Shown here: piece after piece, positions 1 through 36,823 of the stretch
Numbering within the stretch: position 1 is the stretch's first letter
Layout: each line of letters opens with the position of its first letter
Translations under genes and position numbers: made by a program
The notes under the pieces: model-generated
What the model saw: the letters and a program-made list of their open reading frames with translations, nothing else
What the model was told of the DNA's origin: nothing
Databases searched by the model: none
Origin: Phoronis australis
Taxonomy: Eukaryota > Animalia > Phoronida
Reading direction: 5' to 3'
Assembly: GCA_002633005.1 (NCBI GenBank)
Contig: NMRA01000604.1
Coordinates: forward strand, 172,066-236,065
Length of the DNA: 64,000 bases

Positions 1-17
1 GTTAATCAAGAGTTTAC

Positions 18-23826
<23,809 letters not shown>

Positions 23827-25210
23827 CACTTTCACCTTACATATCTAAAAATGAGAAATTAAAAAGTAAAGTCTTGGATAGCCAGTAAAAACTTCAAAAC
23901 ACATGTGAGGAGGGTCAGTTAAATACAACTGCCTAGAACATTATAGTGGAGTTCATTTTGAGAGGTTGGCTGCATGTATATATACTTGGGCCAAGTTGCC
24001 AAATAAATCTATCTCCGTGCATAGACGTGTGTAATGTCAGGGCAGCAAAAGCTTTCTCTGAAAGGTTTTATTAAGTCATCTACTGGCCTTCCAGTAAATG
24101 GGCAAAAGCCGCCTTGTATTTCCACATCACCACTACCAACCTGTAGGTGCAGGATTCGAGTCCAAAGTGTTAGCAAATTTATTTGACTGACAGAAGTAAT
24201 ATATGTGCTAGTAGCGCAACAGTATCACGCCAAAAGTGCAGTTATGACATCCACGTAATAAACACCTCGCAGTGAACAACACCGTCTCGAGAAACTTGAA
24301 CATGATTCATGAACACGGTAAGGATCGGTGAACAACATAGCCTACCGTATACGATTCTGTGAACCGGACGTTCTGACAACTTACGTCACAGCATTTTTCA
24401 AATGCGAACAGTCAAATAATGATCTCCTGTAGCTCAACTGAAGCACCGGTCCAAAGAAAGTTGGTAAACAACGTATAGTAATTCTCAGAATTCGTTTGAT
24501 GTGGACCTCACGTAGTGCCACGCTATAGTAAAATGTGAATACCCGGAATCATAATCTATTTTTAGATGTTTATCATGGCGATGAATTCTACTGGCCAATC
24601 AGTCGGTAGGATTTTCTAATGCCCACCCACTGTAAAATTTTCACGTATGCAGTACTGCAAAATGAAAGCTTTGAATTTATTTTGAGTCACAGGTACAATA
24701 CCGACGGCTTCAAATCAACGAATAGTATTACTGCAACAAGTTTCCACATAGAATTTGGAAGCTCGCGCTTACTATTCACGTAGTTTACTCGATTATCGCT
24801 GATCATAGACGGAGATTGGAGTACGTACAACTGGGCACGTAAAATAGTCAAAGGAAGTTCACTTGCATCAGAAAACAGAACAAAGTAAGCGCAAAAATGA
24901 ATACAATGAACCAATTCAATTAGTTGTGCATGTAAACGTTTCACCTGTGTGGACTAAGAGAAAATTTGCAAGTTTGCTAAGGAAAGTAGGTCAGCAAAAG
25001 TATCTGCGTAAAGATTTCGTGACCGGGAATCGTCGCCATTTACGATGATGATGTCCGAGTAAAATCAAATTATTGCACTATTCACGCAAAACTATGGCAT
25101 AGATATTTACTACTTGTGTACTAGGAGCATCAAAGATTGGTGCCGTCTATAAATTTTTAAATATGTAAGGTCCTAAAAGATATCTAAGAGGAAAAAATTA
25201 AGATGCTTAC

Positions 25211-25360
25211 CTCACAAGAAAATAGCCTAGTCACTATAAATGGTGAATGAGAGAACGCATCACTAAACCGGGAACACAATTGGTCAACTGCGGATCACGT
25301 GCTCTTCATAGACTGAAATCGACCATTTGATTCGTCTAGGCACATTGACGTCAACTTCAT
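25211..25360 (-). promoter_or_regulatory. Putative cic-L non-coding first exon and promoter
   Basis: Strong minus-strand donor GAG|GTAAGC at 25211/25210. Upstream on the minus strand: CCAAT (about 25279-25283), E-box CACGTG (about 25296) and CRE TGACGTCA (about 25347). Confidence 0.55.
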
Positions 25361-28300
25361 GTTTATTCCATAACTTGGTTTTACGTTTGGCACGATGAGG
25401 CGTGCTCTGACGCATATTTGTAATAGCCGTATGCAATATACTGGAATACTTTTTCGTCAAAATTAATGAAAATTGTCTCCACAGCTTTTATTTGACATTA
25501 TAATAATGCATGGAATGAATCGCACTCTCAAGTTTGTGCTGGTTTTGTTGCAAGCTTCAGTCGGTAAACAAAGGCAAGCCGGGGCACGGGAATTGCTTAT
25601 GCATGTCAATCATATCTGCGTCTGACCAATCAAAAACGAGAGTGTCACTACCTGATACCATAAATGGAGTTATCATCAGATGTCCATCACACTCGTAGCG
25701 TAGCAACCTCCTAGGGCATGATAGGTCACTTATAACTCGACAACTTGCCGGAGCCAAAGGTTGAGAGGTCAAGAGGCGGGGTCTCAACCAATGAACAACG
25801 ATCAGCCATCGCCCCCGTTGCGGCTCACTCACGTCAACACGCATTCTTGGATGTCAACCACAGCGCTTTTGCCCTTGACAACCAGTGTCTGTTTACTGCC
25901 ATCTTTTATATGCATGCATGGATTTCTGATAGCTGTTGCTGTTTTTGAAATCCTTCCTGTCCGTGTCACACAAAAACATACTCGCATTGCTACAGCCCGC
26001 TGCCCCGCTTTCGCGGGACACTGACCCGCTGCTCAGAGCAAAGATTATCAGTGGAAAATAACCGACATGGTTCGAGACTTCTCGATCCATTACACTCGAT
26101 GAATTTTATCCTCTCATTTAAGCACGTAGAACTCACATTTCCCGCTGCAATAATGGGCGTGATGCAGGTCAGCCAGAATTTCATCTACCGCGGCTTATAG
26201 CATATAGTTTCGTTATAATGAATTTGGCAGGTTTCAGCTGATCCCTGGCGTCTAGTGTACACAGCACTGATCGCTTGCCCCACGGACCAGGACCCGGCCC
26301 ACTCGCCTTCAAGATATATCAACATTCTGGTCTTGAACAAAAGTGAAATTAAATGCGGATAACCATTTTAATTGTCGCATTCGTGGACGTTTGAACGACA
26401 GTTTTGACAAAAAGGCCTACTCAACGATAATTAAATCAGAACTTGAGAACTTGATTTGGATGTCTGGCCTTTTACAAATGGTCTGGAGTGGGTTCCTTGT
26501 CATCAAATGCATTGTTCAACAATAGGAACATGACGTGTGATAATACGACGTCATTGTTGATATCCAGCGTATAAATCTAGTGCAACCGGGGCTACGTACA
26601 TATGAGATGATTACAGCATTGTTGCCTAGATTTTTTCACTTTCTGTTTTTTCTGATAAAATATCGAATGTGGTTTCAGAAATCATGCCATGATAGAATCA
26701 GTCAAGTTACTTTGCCAGTAGAACAAAGTAATGACTATCGTTGAACAGAGGGCTTTTGTAAGCGTGTCGGACCCCAGTCACTCACTAGAGATACTGAATT
26801 TAACGAAAATCCCAATCTTTGGTCAAATCTTTTTGACAGACGCATTCGTCGTCTGTGTGTAACTTTTCTACCAATGGAAACAAATTAAGAAACCGGACAT
26901 ATGTTGATATTCAGCCTCTTGAATGGAGTGGGCAATGAAAATTGAACAGTTTTATTTCCATGATCATGGTGGACATTCAATGATTCATTCTGTTGCTGTG
27001 TGATAAATGCGATAAGACATTTTATCTTTCATGATCACGCGCCTGAACATGACGGCCAAGAAAAAATTCACAAATCTCAACGACATTTTCATTAGTGAGG
27101 TTGCTCTGATATGAGCTGCGCCAAGGATAAAAATATAGTACAGTTGACTTACTCAATGCCATGACGCATGTACTTCCATGATGAGATTAATGTAACCCGC
27201 ACATGTGTAATTTTGTACTTTTGCTGGACTAAAATCGCATGGCCTTTTTCTTACAATGCTGTTTCGTGAATATTCAATTCGTATTTGCTTAAGAGTGTTA
27301 ACAGGAACTAGATTAATAAAGAGGCTCGAGGCACAATAACCTGCCTCCCGTTCATTAACGCTAGGACCTCGCTAAAAAGCAAGACTTCGCGAGATTACGT
27401 GAGATATTACCGAGCATTTTAAATAAGAACACGTGACTTTTACTACGTTTTAGCTAGGTCCTAGCGTAGGTCCTAGCGTCTACTGAACGCACGAACGCAC
27501 GCCTGGTTCCCGGGTCTGTGCAGGAGACTAGCGACACAAGAGACTATAGCGCTTCTGATACGGTAATGGTAGTAAAATTGTCTGTTGCTCATGTTCTCGT
27601 TTTTCGTTTTTAAGCGGAACACTACTTGGAAAATCCTAGCGAGGAAAAATGGCAGCACAACCGAACAATTCCAAAAAATGTACTTAAAATGTAGGGTAAT
27701 TATACCATAAAGGAATTATGAACCCAAATGAAACCAGACCACTTTTCAATTTCGAACACTCATTAGAAAGAACATTTTGAGCAACTTTTCACGTTCTTTC
27801 TTTACACAACTAAATCGACGATTATTAGGGTTGCCACACCTAGTACCCGAGTGGGTAAATGAGAGAATTAAATTTCCGGGTGGCCGGCGGTATTGCGTTT
27901 TTCTGGAGTATGAATGTGCGACGGTGACCCCAAAGCAGGACACGAACAACTCTAACCAAGTTTTTATGCACACGACACTGACGCCAATCTCTGACTCAAG
28001 CTCCAGCGCCAGGTACATAGCTCTATGGTTAAAGAATGGCCTAAAGGGACATATTTCAACATTGAATAAATATCCCGGGTCATTTTTACATGAGTCTAAA
28101 TTTAACTGTGACACTTAGAAATTTTTACTCAGGCTAAAAGTAAAAGAAGAGCAGACATGGTTTAGGTAGGTATGGTGGCAAGTATTAAGGGTACTTTTGA
28201 GGGCGACAAAAATAGTTTGCGACGAGAGTTGGTTAGGTTGGGCAGGGGGTGAACGTGATCATCGAAAACTGGGGGTGACCGCCGGAAAATTTGAGGTCTG

Positions 28301-29149
28301 CAAGATACTAGGTGGCGTAACGCAGACGCACGTGATCCCGTGCATGGGGAAGTCGCTCGAACAATTGCGTGATTTGCGTTTTCGCTAGTTTCTAGCGCCA
28401 AGAACGCAGCGCAGTCCTGGAGTAGTCTGCACCTCTCCCAATTGGTGCGCCGTGACTGGACAAACCTAACCCATGACATCAGGAACTATACCACGCATTT
28501 GATCCGGTACTGTCTCTATCTTTCACTCGTCATCCTGAACGCCACAGCCTCCCCCCTCTCCTAATGGACTCCTCGGCGACCACACGGTTGCTAATCAACA
28601 GATTTGCTCTAACACGCCCCCACACCACCCCATGCGTACGTCTCCGAGTCCAGAACTTGCTTGAAAAACCGCCTCCTCATTCTCTTAGATCGAGGTAATT
28701 AACTAGGATCGCATAAACTATTTTCACGTGAACACTGAAGCTATCATTTAAAAGACTTTGTGGCTGGCAATTTAACTCATCCGTTCTAAAACGCTAGAAG
28801 GAGCCCGCCCCCATTTGGAAAAGAGGGCAAAAAGGTCCACCTCAGAGAAACAAAAACTCCAAAAAAATTCTCAAAAATTCGAGCCCCCCATGTTTTTAGG
28901 AGGTTGCGCTCATGTATTTTCTAGCACTCAGACTTCGTGAAAAACTATTGGCAGTGTCGTTTCTCAACGTTGAAAAATGATCTCGGGAATTTTTTTTTCG
29001 CAACTGGCCTCTAGTCAAACAACTTTCGGCTACCTGTTTGCATATCATTGTAGATCAATACATAAAGATAATTACATTGCTGCATGATTTTAGCAGCTTT
29101 GAATAACTTGTAAATTTTAGGCCATTTTCCTATCACTAAAGAGCCTAGT

Positions 29150-29900
29150 TACACATACCTTGAATTTGTTCCTTGGTACATACGGTTGTAGAAAAAACGA
29201 ATTTCTGCAAATGTACGCTCATAGGCATTATTGGAAGTTAAATCGGGATCATGTAGCATCCAACAACTATGATAGTGGGAGGGTGTGCAGCGCCTACACC
29301 GCTTTTCAAGACTCCTGTAGGGATTTCTGTGAACAATGTCAGCTGGTGTCATATTTGAATAATTATAAGGTCGATGATTATCCATGGGAGACCTGCGTCA
29401 CATGCTCGCTGTGTTTTAATTTTTGTAACACGCCGCCGTTGGGGCTGCATGGAATGGCTTTAGTCAAAGTCGGCAGGCTGTGTTTATTGGAGACCGTATG
29501 GAGCATTCCGGCGCTTGTGTGGAATATTAGAGCCCTCCGGATCAGGGGATTAACACAGCCGCACCAATGTGTCAATATCGTGGCATATATCAAAAAAGGG
29601 AAATGTTCTGATGCTGTCACGGTCGCGTGGCGCACATGAGCTGATCGAATGAACTGACTCAGTCCTCATGCAGTCAATCGTGAATTGGTCGGGGAACAAG
29701 ATCCTTGCACTTCTGGATACTCATAATACTCTGGTTTAGATGAAGTAAAAAATATGGGTTGTTTTGGATATTAATTTACTAAGCGAGTCTCGTGCCACTT
29801 ATTGCCTGGGGGTGCGGACTCAGTGGACAGGGCTTGATTGAATGCTTGACCGATGCTGTTTGTGCATCACTCAATAGATGTCGTCATGCACATACTCCCA
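29150..29900 (-). mobile_element. Possible very old L2-type LINE 3' fragment
   Basis: Fragments such as VLQKLKHSEHVTQV resemble L2 C-terminal (R.HITPVL) motifs; many stops. Confidence 0.3.
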
Positions 29901-29914
29901 TCATGCAGCATTAA

Positions 29915-30012
29915 CAACTTCCGTGTACGTGCGGGAAATTAGGGCACACGTTTTCCAACAAAAAGTTTTTAAATGGAAATTTTGAGCCAGCTTTGTTTAT
30001 GAAAGGGAATCC
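29915..30012 (+). promoter_or_regulatory. Putative JMJD6 proximal promoter / 5'UTR
   Basis: ACTTCCG (ETS-like) and GCGGGAAA (E2F-like) motifs about 80-95 nt upstream of the ATG at 30013. Confidence 0.4.
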
Positions 30013-30067
30013 ATGGATCACAGGGCACGAAAGCGTGTCAGGGAGGCAAAGAGGAGAGCGAGACCTG
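30013..30067 (+). CDS. JMJD6: JMJD6 (PSR) coding exon 1
   Basis: MDHRARKRVREAKRRARP resembles MNHKSKKRIREAKRSARP; phase-1 GT donor. Confidence 0.92.
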
Positions 30068-30794
30068 GTATTATATTTTATTTTTTTATCTGAACATTAC
30101 CTGTCAACAGTGTCAATGTGTTCTTGATTGGCATGCCAGGTAATAGCTCACTTGCGAGTTTCTCTTTAGTCACTGTGACGTCACCGGAAAAGGGGCAAAA
30201 CCCGCCACATTGCTCTTGTTTTGCCCCGAGTCTTTGCTACACACGCTAAAACTTACTGGAGTTCTTATGGTGAATTTTACGCTTAAAATGTTAAAACAAC
30301 TTAAGATGTGGTAGATGGATCGTGGAATAACTGTGAATGGACGAAGAAAATGTGAAGTTGTTATGTTGTGCGAAGCTGTGAACGGACTGAAATTGGAACT
30401 TAACTCGCTCTAGGCCTGAATGTTGCAGGCATATAGGGGCGATAGTGTATCCCCATAAAAAGATTCACTTCGAAATACAGCAAATAAAATCAAATGAAAC
30501 ATGCATATGTGCACATGAAGTTATAATTAACACATACCCTGACTCTGGACACAATTAAGTCTACAAATAACTTAAGCATATCAATGAAAATCTCGCGGTT
30601 CTCTCGAGTTTCTCTCACTGGTCGCCATTTTGAGGAAGTTACGTGAAATCACGCCTGTTGACGAACAAAAAGTCCAAGGGACACAAATCTTACAAATTTC
30701 ACTTGATATTTTCTCATGCTATTTTGCAAGTGTCACGCGCCAGGTCACGCTCCAGATCTCGCGCTTCGCTCAGTCTCGCGCTAGCCTTTGCCTC

Positions 30795-31353
30795 NNNNNN
30801 NNNNNNNNNNNNNNNNNNNNNNNNNNNNNNNNNNNNNNNNNNNNNNNNNNNNNNNNNNNNNNNNNNNNNNNNNNNNNNNNNNNNNNNNNNNNNNNNNNNN
30901 NNNNNNNNNNNNNNNNNNNNNNNNNNNNNNNNNNNNNNNNNNNNNNNNNNNNNNNNNNNNNNNNNNNNNNNNNNNNNNNNNNNNNNNNNNNNNNNNNNNN
31001 NNNNNNNNNNNNNNNNNNNNNNNNNNNNNNNNNNNNNNNNNNNNNNNNNNNNNNNNNNNNNNNNNNNNNNNNNNNNNNNNNNNNNNNNNNNNNNNNNNNN
31101 NNNNNNNNNNNNNNNNNNNNNNNNNNNNNNNNNNNNNNNNNNNNNNNNNNNNNNNNNNNNNNNNNNNNNNNNNNNNNNNNNNNNNNNNNNNNNNNNNNNN
31201 NNNNNNNNNNNNNNNNNNNNNNNNNNNNNNNNNNNNNNNNNNNNNNNNNNNNNNNNNNNNNNNNNNNNNNNNNNNNNNNNNNNNNNNNNNNNNNNNNNNN
31301 NNNNNNNNNNNNNNNNNNNNNNNNNNNNNNNNNNNNNNNNNNNNNNNNNNNNN
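30795..31353. other. Assembly gap (N run)
   Basis: Run of N in JMJD6 intron 1. Confidence 1.
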
Positions 31354-31601
31354 CATGTTTGTCTCAATTAGACGAATCTTTTTATATGCAGCACATGTAT
31401 ATTCTTTTATTTTTTACGAAATTATGTAAAAAGGCAGATATTTTACGCATAATCGTCGCGTTTCAACGGCCATTTTCTCGTCAACCGCTCATCCAATTTT
31501 TCTGATTTTTGCACCATTTCATTTCTCACACCAAGGGCTTTTCAAAAATGTATGACACATGGGCATTGTAAAAAAATTTTAAAAAAAAGCGTCCTCCCTA
31601 C

Positions 31602-32315
31602 CACAGGCGTCCTCAGCTTCTGTCTTCTGATCGTCCCTAATGCACTATAATACTACAAGGTATGACTCTTCGGACTAGAAATTCCACGGGTTCTTCACTT
31701 CAGCCGTCCATAGCAAACACAAAACTAAATAAATTTACACAAAACAGGTTCAACAAACCGTAAGGAATTGTTCTTTAGATCTCCCAATACCATTTACGGT
31801 ATCCTGCTCCACCGAGTTCGCAAGAAATTCGCGGTCAAAGCACAAAAATGTTCCCAAAAAGCCCACACCGAGCCTCCTTGGACGGTTCTAGGTCAAGGAC
31901 GGTATGGAATTATCTGATGAGTTACGGATGTACGGCAATTGCCGGTTCACCACGGAAGGTTACGAATGGTCTGGCTTTATCGATGTCGTGACACTCCGTG
32001 ACAAATTGGCAATTGCCGTACCGTCCTTGACCTCAAACCGTCCAAGGAGGCTCGATGCGTGGGCTTTTTGGGAACATTTTTGTGTTTTGACTACGAAGTT
32101 GTTGCGATCTCGCCGGGGAAGGAAACCGTGGATGGTATTGGAAGAAAGACTAATTGTTAATGGTTTGTTGAAACCTTGTTTTGTGTAAATTTGTGAGTTT
32201 TGTGTTTGGTATGGACTGCTGAAGTGAAGCACCCGTGGAATTTCTGGTCCCGAGTGTCATACCTTATAATATTATATAGTGTATTGGGGACTATCAGAAA
32301 CTGAGGACGCCTGTG
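31602..32315. repeat. Fold-back palindromic element (about 300-bp arms, MITE-like) in JMJD6 intron 1
   Basis: CACAGGCGTCCTCAG...CTGAGGACGCCTGTG termini; arms pair throughout, e.g. CAAAAATGTTCCCAAAAAGCCCAC with GTGGGCTTTTTGGGAACATTTTTG. Confidence 0.9.
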
Positions 32316-32383
32316 TCATGGACATGTCATGGGTCCATGCATATCTTCAACACTAGTATCAAACTACTCATCACGTCTCAGAC

Positions 32384-32625
32384 ATCAGAGGTAATTGTTT
32401 ACAATATGAGGACATTGACCTACACTCGTGATTTTGGTATCGTCCGATTCCGCTCATCATTCTCATTCCAAAAATATATGATTGTGTCCCCAACCGTGTT
32501 TCCTGAGGAAACGCTGTAAGTGACACATGCGTATATTTTTGGAATGGGAACAATAAGTGGATTTGAACGATTCCAAAATCATGTGTGTAGGTCAATGTCC
32601 TCATATTGTAAACAATTGCCTTGAT
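32384..32625. repeat. Second fold-back palindrome
   Basis: AATTGTTTACAATATGAGGACATTGACCTACAC pairs with GTGTAGGTCAATGTCCTCATATTGTAAACAATT. Confidence 0.88.
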
Positions 32626-32941
32626 ACCTCATTCCTTTCATCTACCATCAATATCCATCCAAGAGACGACAGATTTCACATCTGATGTCACATTATTTTG
32701 ATATCTGGATTCAAAACATGGTACCCTGCTGTCGGCAGACTGCTGCCATTTTCTTGAGCATTTCAACAACAGCCTGTTCGCAGCTATCTGTAATTGGTAG
32801 TCGAGATGTGTACCGTCAGAAAATGGCTTCAGCCTGCCAATAGCAGAGTACCTTGTCTTGAGTCCAAGTATGAAAAGGTCGTGACGTCAAACCTGAAATC
32901 TTGTCTGGATGGAGATTAATGATAGAGGAATCGAGTGAGGT
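32626..32941. repeat. Third, more degenerate fold-back palindrome
   Basis: ACCTCA...TCCATCCA...AGATTTCA...GCCATTTTCT pairs with AGAAAATGGC...TGAAATCT...TGGATGGA...TGAGGT. Confidence 0.7.
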
Positions 32942-34062
32942 ATTTTTTTTTTGTTAACTTTTGATGAGTAGTGTAGGAGTTATGGAGGGACTCACATATC
33001 TGATTACTGCCGCCTAAGTTTTGCATATCAACATCAACATCCAGCTAGGAACTGCTGCATTGTGTGTTAACTTCACTTAGTCAGCCAGCTACCTGTAGGA
33101 AGACTAACGTCAAAATACAGCTAGGGACTTGCTGTTTGCTAACGCTACATAGACTTTGAGGTTTTACACCACCCCGGTAGTTCTTGTCGCCTTTTAGCGA
33201 AACTTATATATTAACAAGTGGAACTAATGACCAGGGGAGGTACATGCAAAAGGCGCTAGTCGAGATGTGGCAGTCCTTTTTTTAAAACCATCATAACTTC
33301 TTCAATTTTTAAATTAGAATTGCAAAGGTGGCATCCACATGTTCACAGGACGTGTAGAATGGTTCTGTGGTGTATTTTCTGCCGTACCTCCACTGTCGTT
33401 TTAAAATGTACTTTGAAGTTAAAACAATTTTTTGACGAATTGTCTACAGTTGGTAACCCCTTCAGTGACGTCATCAAAATGAAGCCTGGTACCTATTGGT
33501 GATTGTGTATCCTTTTACAAGGGTAATGAATGATGCATCACAGTGTTCCTGATATGAGTCAGGCTGTCAAAGCTTTTAATAACAATTTTGCCAGTGGTGA
33601 CTTGAAGCCACGGTGCTGGGTTTGACGACCTCAGATTGTGTTTGGTGACCCAGGAAAATCCCAAGTCACCACAAGGTCGCCACAGTGAGTGTCAAAGTGA
33701 GACAATAATTCCCCCAAAAATCATTTCAAAGTTTGGTGGTGGCTTCTAAACTTTGAATTTCTAATAGTTTTCCTGGATTTAATACTTTTGGTTCACAATT
33801 GTTCCGTTAAATTCGTGAACTCAGTGCATTTGCCACCCTCTGCAATCGACATATATTAAACATACTTTTAAATTAAAACAGGAATTGTACAGCAAAAAAT
33901 GTGAGAAATTGAAGAGGTATGCGAAACGAAGTTTGACACAGCCTTTTTTTGCGGATTTCGACGTTGATTTTTGGCGACCTCAGATTTCGTTTGGCAACCT
34001 GGGATTTTCGCCAAGTCACCACAGCCACTCTTTTTTACTTCATGTTTACTTTGCTTCTTCAG

Positions 34063-34274
34063 AACTGGAGAAAGACAAACATGGCTGGACCCATATGGAC
34101 TTTGCACATACATTCTCAGCGGACTATAAACGTGTTAACGACACCATTAAAAGAATTGATGGAGAGAAGGTGACAATGGATGAGTTCATTGAGCTATACG
34201 AGAAACCTTACCAACCAGTGATCATTAAAAATCTCCAGAAGGGATGGGCAGCTTTAGAAAAATGGAATCTGAGG
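34063..34274 (+). CDS. JMJD6: JMJD6 coding exon 2
   Basis: ELEKDKHGWTHMDF...EFIELYEKPYQPVIIKNLQKGWAALEKWNLR; AG acceptor, GTAAGA donor; phase 1-0. Confidence 0.95.
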
Positions 34275-35329
34275 GTAAGAGCAATCTGTAATGGCACGTT
34301 GAAGCATGTTTTATCTCCTCAATCGTGATTTTACCAGACACCAGCAATCCAGCTTTTAATTGCATTTTATTTCACTTCATCCCTTTATCCATGTGTCCAT
34401 GTGCACATTGAATTAGCATCGTTTTTGGAAATTGTTCATTTGTTTCTTATAATCCTCTTTGATTGCAAAAGTTATGATCTGATCACAAATATTCGATACC
34501 AGGAAATTTTGCTGTCACAAAATACCTAAAATGGCTGCAGGCTTGCATCGCCAATAAAAGCCGGTATCCCTAATGTTGACAGGCCCTGCATTAGATATGG
34601 GAAAATCTTACTATTTTTGGACAAAATTGCCAGAAGTGACCGTTTTTCATCTCTAACACCACTTACTGACAATGTTTTGAATGCTTACAATTTCTTAAAA
34701 CATTTTCTGATGGTAGCTATGGTGTAGGACTTCATCGTGATGATGCCTTTATTTAGTGTTACTTGTCTTTTATGAAACAAGAAAACATCTCGTGTTCACC
34801 ATATTGTGTCTTAAAATGATGAGGTTTACTGTCCTGGCAAGTCCAGGGCTTCGCATAGATCTGAGGTGGCAGTGCAGACGAGAGATTGAAGTGAGTAATA
34901 GATTAATTCTGAGGATTTCAAGCCATTCTCTATTAGCAATGATTTTTGTCTCTTTCACTTGCATTGTGGTACGCTCCTGAGCTCCTAAAGCGCCCTCACT
35001 GCCCCATTACCATATTAAGAAAAATGACGTGGAATTCCCTCATTGAGCTCAAAGGTTCCATTACAATGATTAAAAAATTCTCAAGGTCAGAACCACTTCA
35101 TCTGTAAAATGTTAATTTTTGTTTCTTGAGGCATTGCAGAGGAGGGGTGACGATGAGGGTGGAAATTTTCCCCTCAACCAAAAAAATTCGTCTCAGAAAG
35201 TACAAGCACGTTTCTCCTCTGGTGACATCGTGTATAAGTCCATGACACCTAAACAGTATGATGGAAAACAACCTTAGTCACTTGAGCGGATCAAAATTGA
35301 AGGAACGGGTCTACTGTAACGCCTGTATC

Positions 35330-35386
35330 AATATGCCTCTATGGTACAATATGCCTCTATGGTACAATATGCCTCTATGGTACAAA
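35330..35386 (+). repeat. 18-bp tandem repeat x3
   Basis: AATATGCCTCTATGGTAC repeated. Confidence 0.9.
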
Positions 35387-35761
35387 CACAAAGGAAGTGT
35401 AAGAGAGCACCCAAATTCATCAAATTAATGAGCAGATTACCAAATATTCTGTTGGCAATATATTCGAGGCACGCACCACCTAAACACAAGTATATACGTC
35501 ACCAGGTCATCTGTGATATCACACGATGCTTACGAGTCGATAACCGTACTACAATGCACTTGAAAAATGACAGCCACGTGGTTACTTCATTATCGTTTGC
35601 TTTGCGCATGGTGGGTGCATATCAGCACTTTGTGGTGCTCGTGTTTTTGATATCTCACTGATCACCAGATCATGAACGGAATTGACCTCTGTATATGACC
35701 TCTCCTTCCTTTAATCATTGGTTTGTAAAAGTTGTTATGATTGCTGACACTTGACTTTCAG

Positions 35762-35914
35762 AGACTAGCCAAGAAGTACCGTAACCAAAAGTTCAAGTGT
35801 GGGGAGGATGATGAGGGATACTCTGTGAAGATGAAGATGAAGTATTATATTGACTACATGGAGAGTAATACAGACGACAGTCCTCTATACATTTTTGACA
35901 GTAGTTATGGCGAG
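35762..35914 (+). CDS. JMJD6: JMJD6 coding exon 3
   Basis: [51 protein letters not shown] is the near-invariant JMJD6 segment; phase 0-0. Confidence 0.97.
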
Positions 35915-36104
35915 GTAGACGATTCTACTCCATTAAGCGGGTTTGAATTGAAATGTACATCGTTGGAATGTCTTTGAAGTTTGGGATCTTTCATGAATCC
36001 AATATAAACCTTCTGTCGACATTCTAACTTTAGATTTAAATCACTTACTGTGCTATAACTAGCCTTGACTTGTTTCTTTTGTAAGATTAATAGTAATTTC
36101 TGGT

Positions 36105-36390
36105 CTTGGTAAAGACTGATCAGTGCCATCTTGAGGCTTGGGGACAAAGCTTGTTAAGGACTGATCAGCGCCATATTGAGGCTTGGGGACAAGGCTTGTT
36201 AAGAACTGATCAGCGCCATCTTGAGGCTTGGGGACAAGGGTTGTTAAGAACTGATAGGTATTGCTCAGTACAAGTGACGGGCCGTGTCTAGCTATCTTAG
36301 TGGGCCTGGTCTTGTTAAGGACTGATAGGTATTACTTGAGACTAAGCTCAGTACAAGTGACCAGCCGTGTCCAGCTGCCTAACTGAGCCT
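36105..36390 (+). repeat. About 45-bp tandem repeat (about 3 copies) followed by a related duplication
   Basis: ACTGATCAGCGCCATCTTGAGGCTTGGGGACAAGGCTTGTTAAG x3; GCTCAGTACAAGTGAC..GCCGTGTC x2. Confidence 0.88.
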
Positions 36391-36722
36391 GATCTCGGTC
36401 ACCCAGGAAAAAGTTGTTATCAGTTATACAACAGTAAGTGCTTTAAAACATTTTCGCAGCTAATTGCAGCTTTGAATTTTTTAAAATCAAATGAAGTTCA
36501 ACCTTGACTCAGAGGATGTTTTTCAAAAAATCCTTGTACAGCTCGAGAAGTTTTTCTGATTTCCTGCGAGGTTCTTTGAATAAAATTTGCAAGGGTAATG
36601 AGTTAAGTTGATTATAGAAGACGTGTCTTTCAATGGAATTGGTTGTCTTGCTTAGTTAGCTTGAAACTTAAGTTCTACACAGTGACGACATGTTGTCTTA
36701 CTCACCGATGATTGCATTACAG

Positions 36723-36823
36723 CATTCTAAACGAAAGAGTCTCTTAGACGACTATGATGTGCCAAAGTATTTCCAAGAAGATTTGTTCAAGTATACTAGT
36801 GAAGAAAAGCGTCCACCTTACAG
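36723..36823 (+). CDS. JMJD6: JMJD6 coding exon 4
   Basis: [34 protein letters not shown]; phase 0-2; AG|GTAACT donor. Confidence 0.95.

Noticed and set aside
27746-28479. ORFs of 105-122 aa in the cic-JMJD6 intergenic region
   Set aside because: No recognisable homology; the region contains MITE-like fragments, e.g. 28830-28890 is related to 51890-51932.
29160-29639. 159-aa Cys-rich plus-strand ORF as a zinc-finger gene
   Set aside because: No coherent Cys spacing; more likely the antisense of a LINE fossil.
30630-31505. Long ORFs of 190-290 aa in the ORF track (also 37592-38321)
   Set aside because: They are artefacts of translating N runs.
33621-34023. Direct repeat of about 53 bp before JMJD6 exon 2, and the extended 147-aa ORF
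   Set aside because: Repeat-derived intron sequence; the real exon starts at the AG acceptor at 34061-62.
36105-36390. CRISPR-like array (also 63138-63680 and 3610-3712)
   Set aside because: Units are contiguous tandem repeats without unique spacers, there are no cas genes, and the context is eukaryotic.
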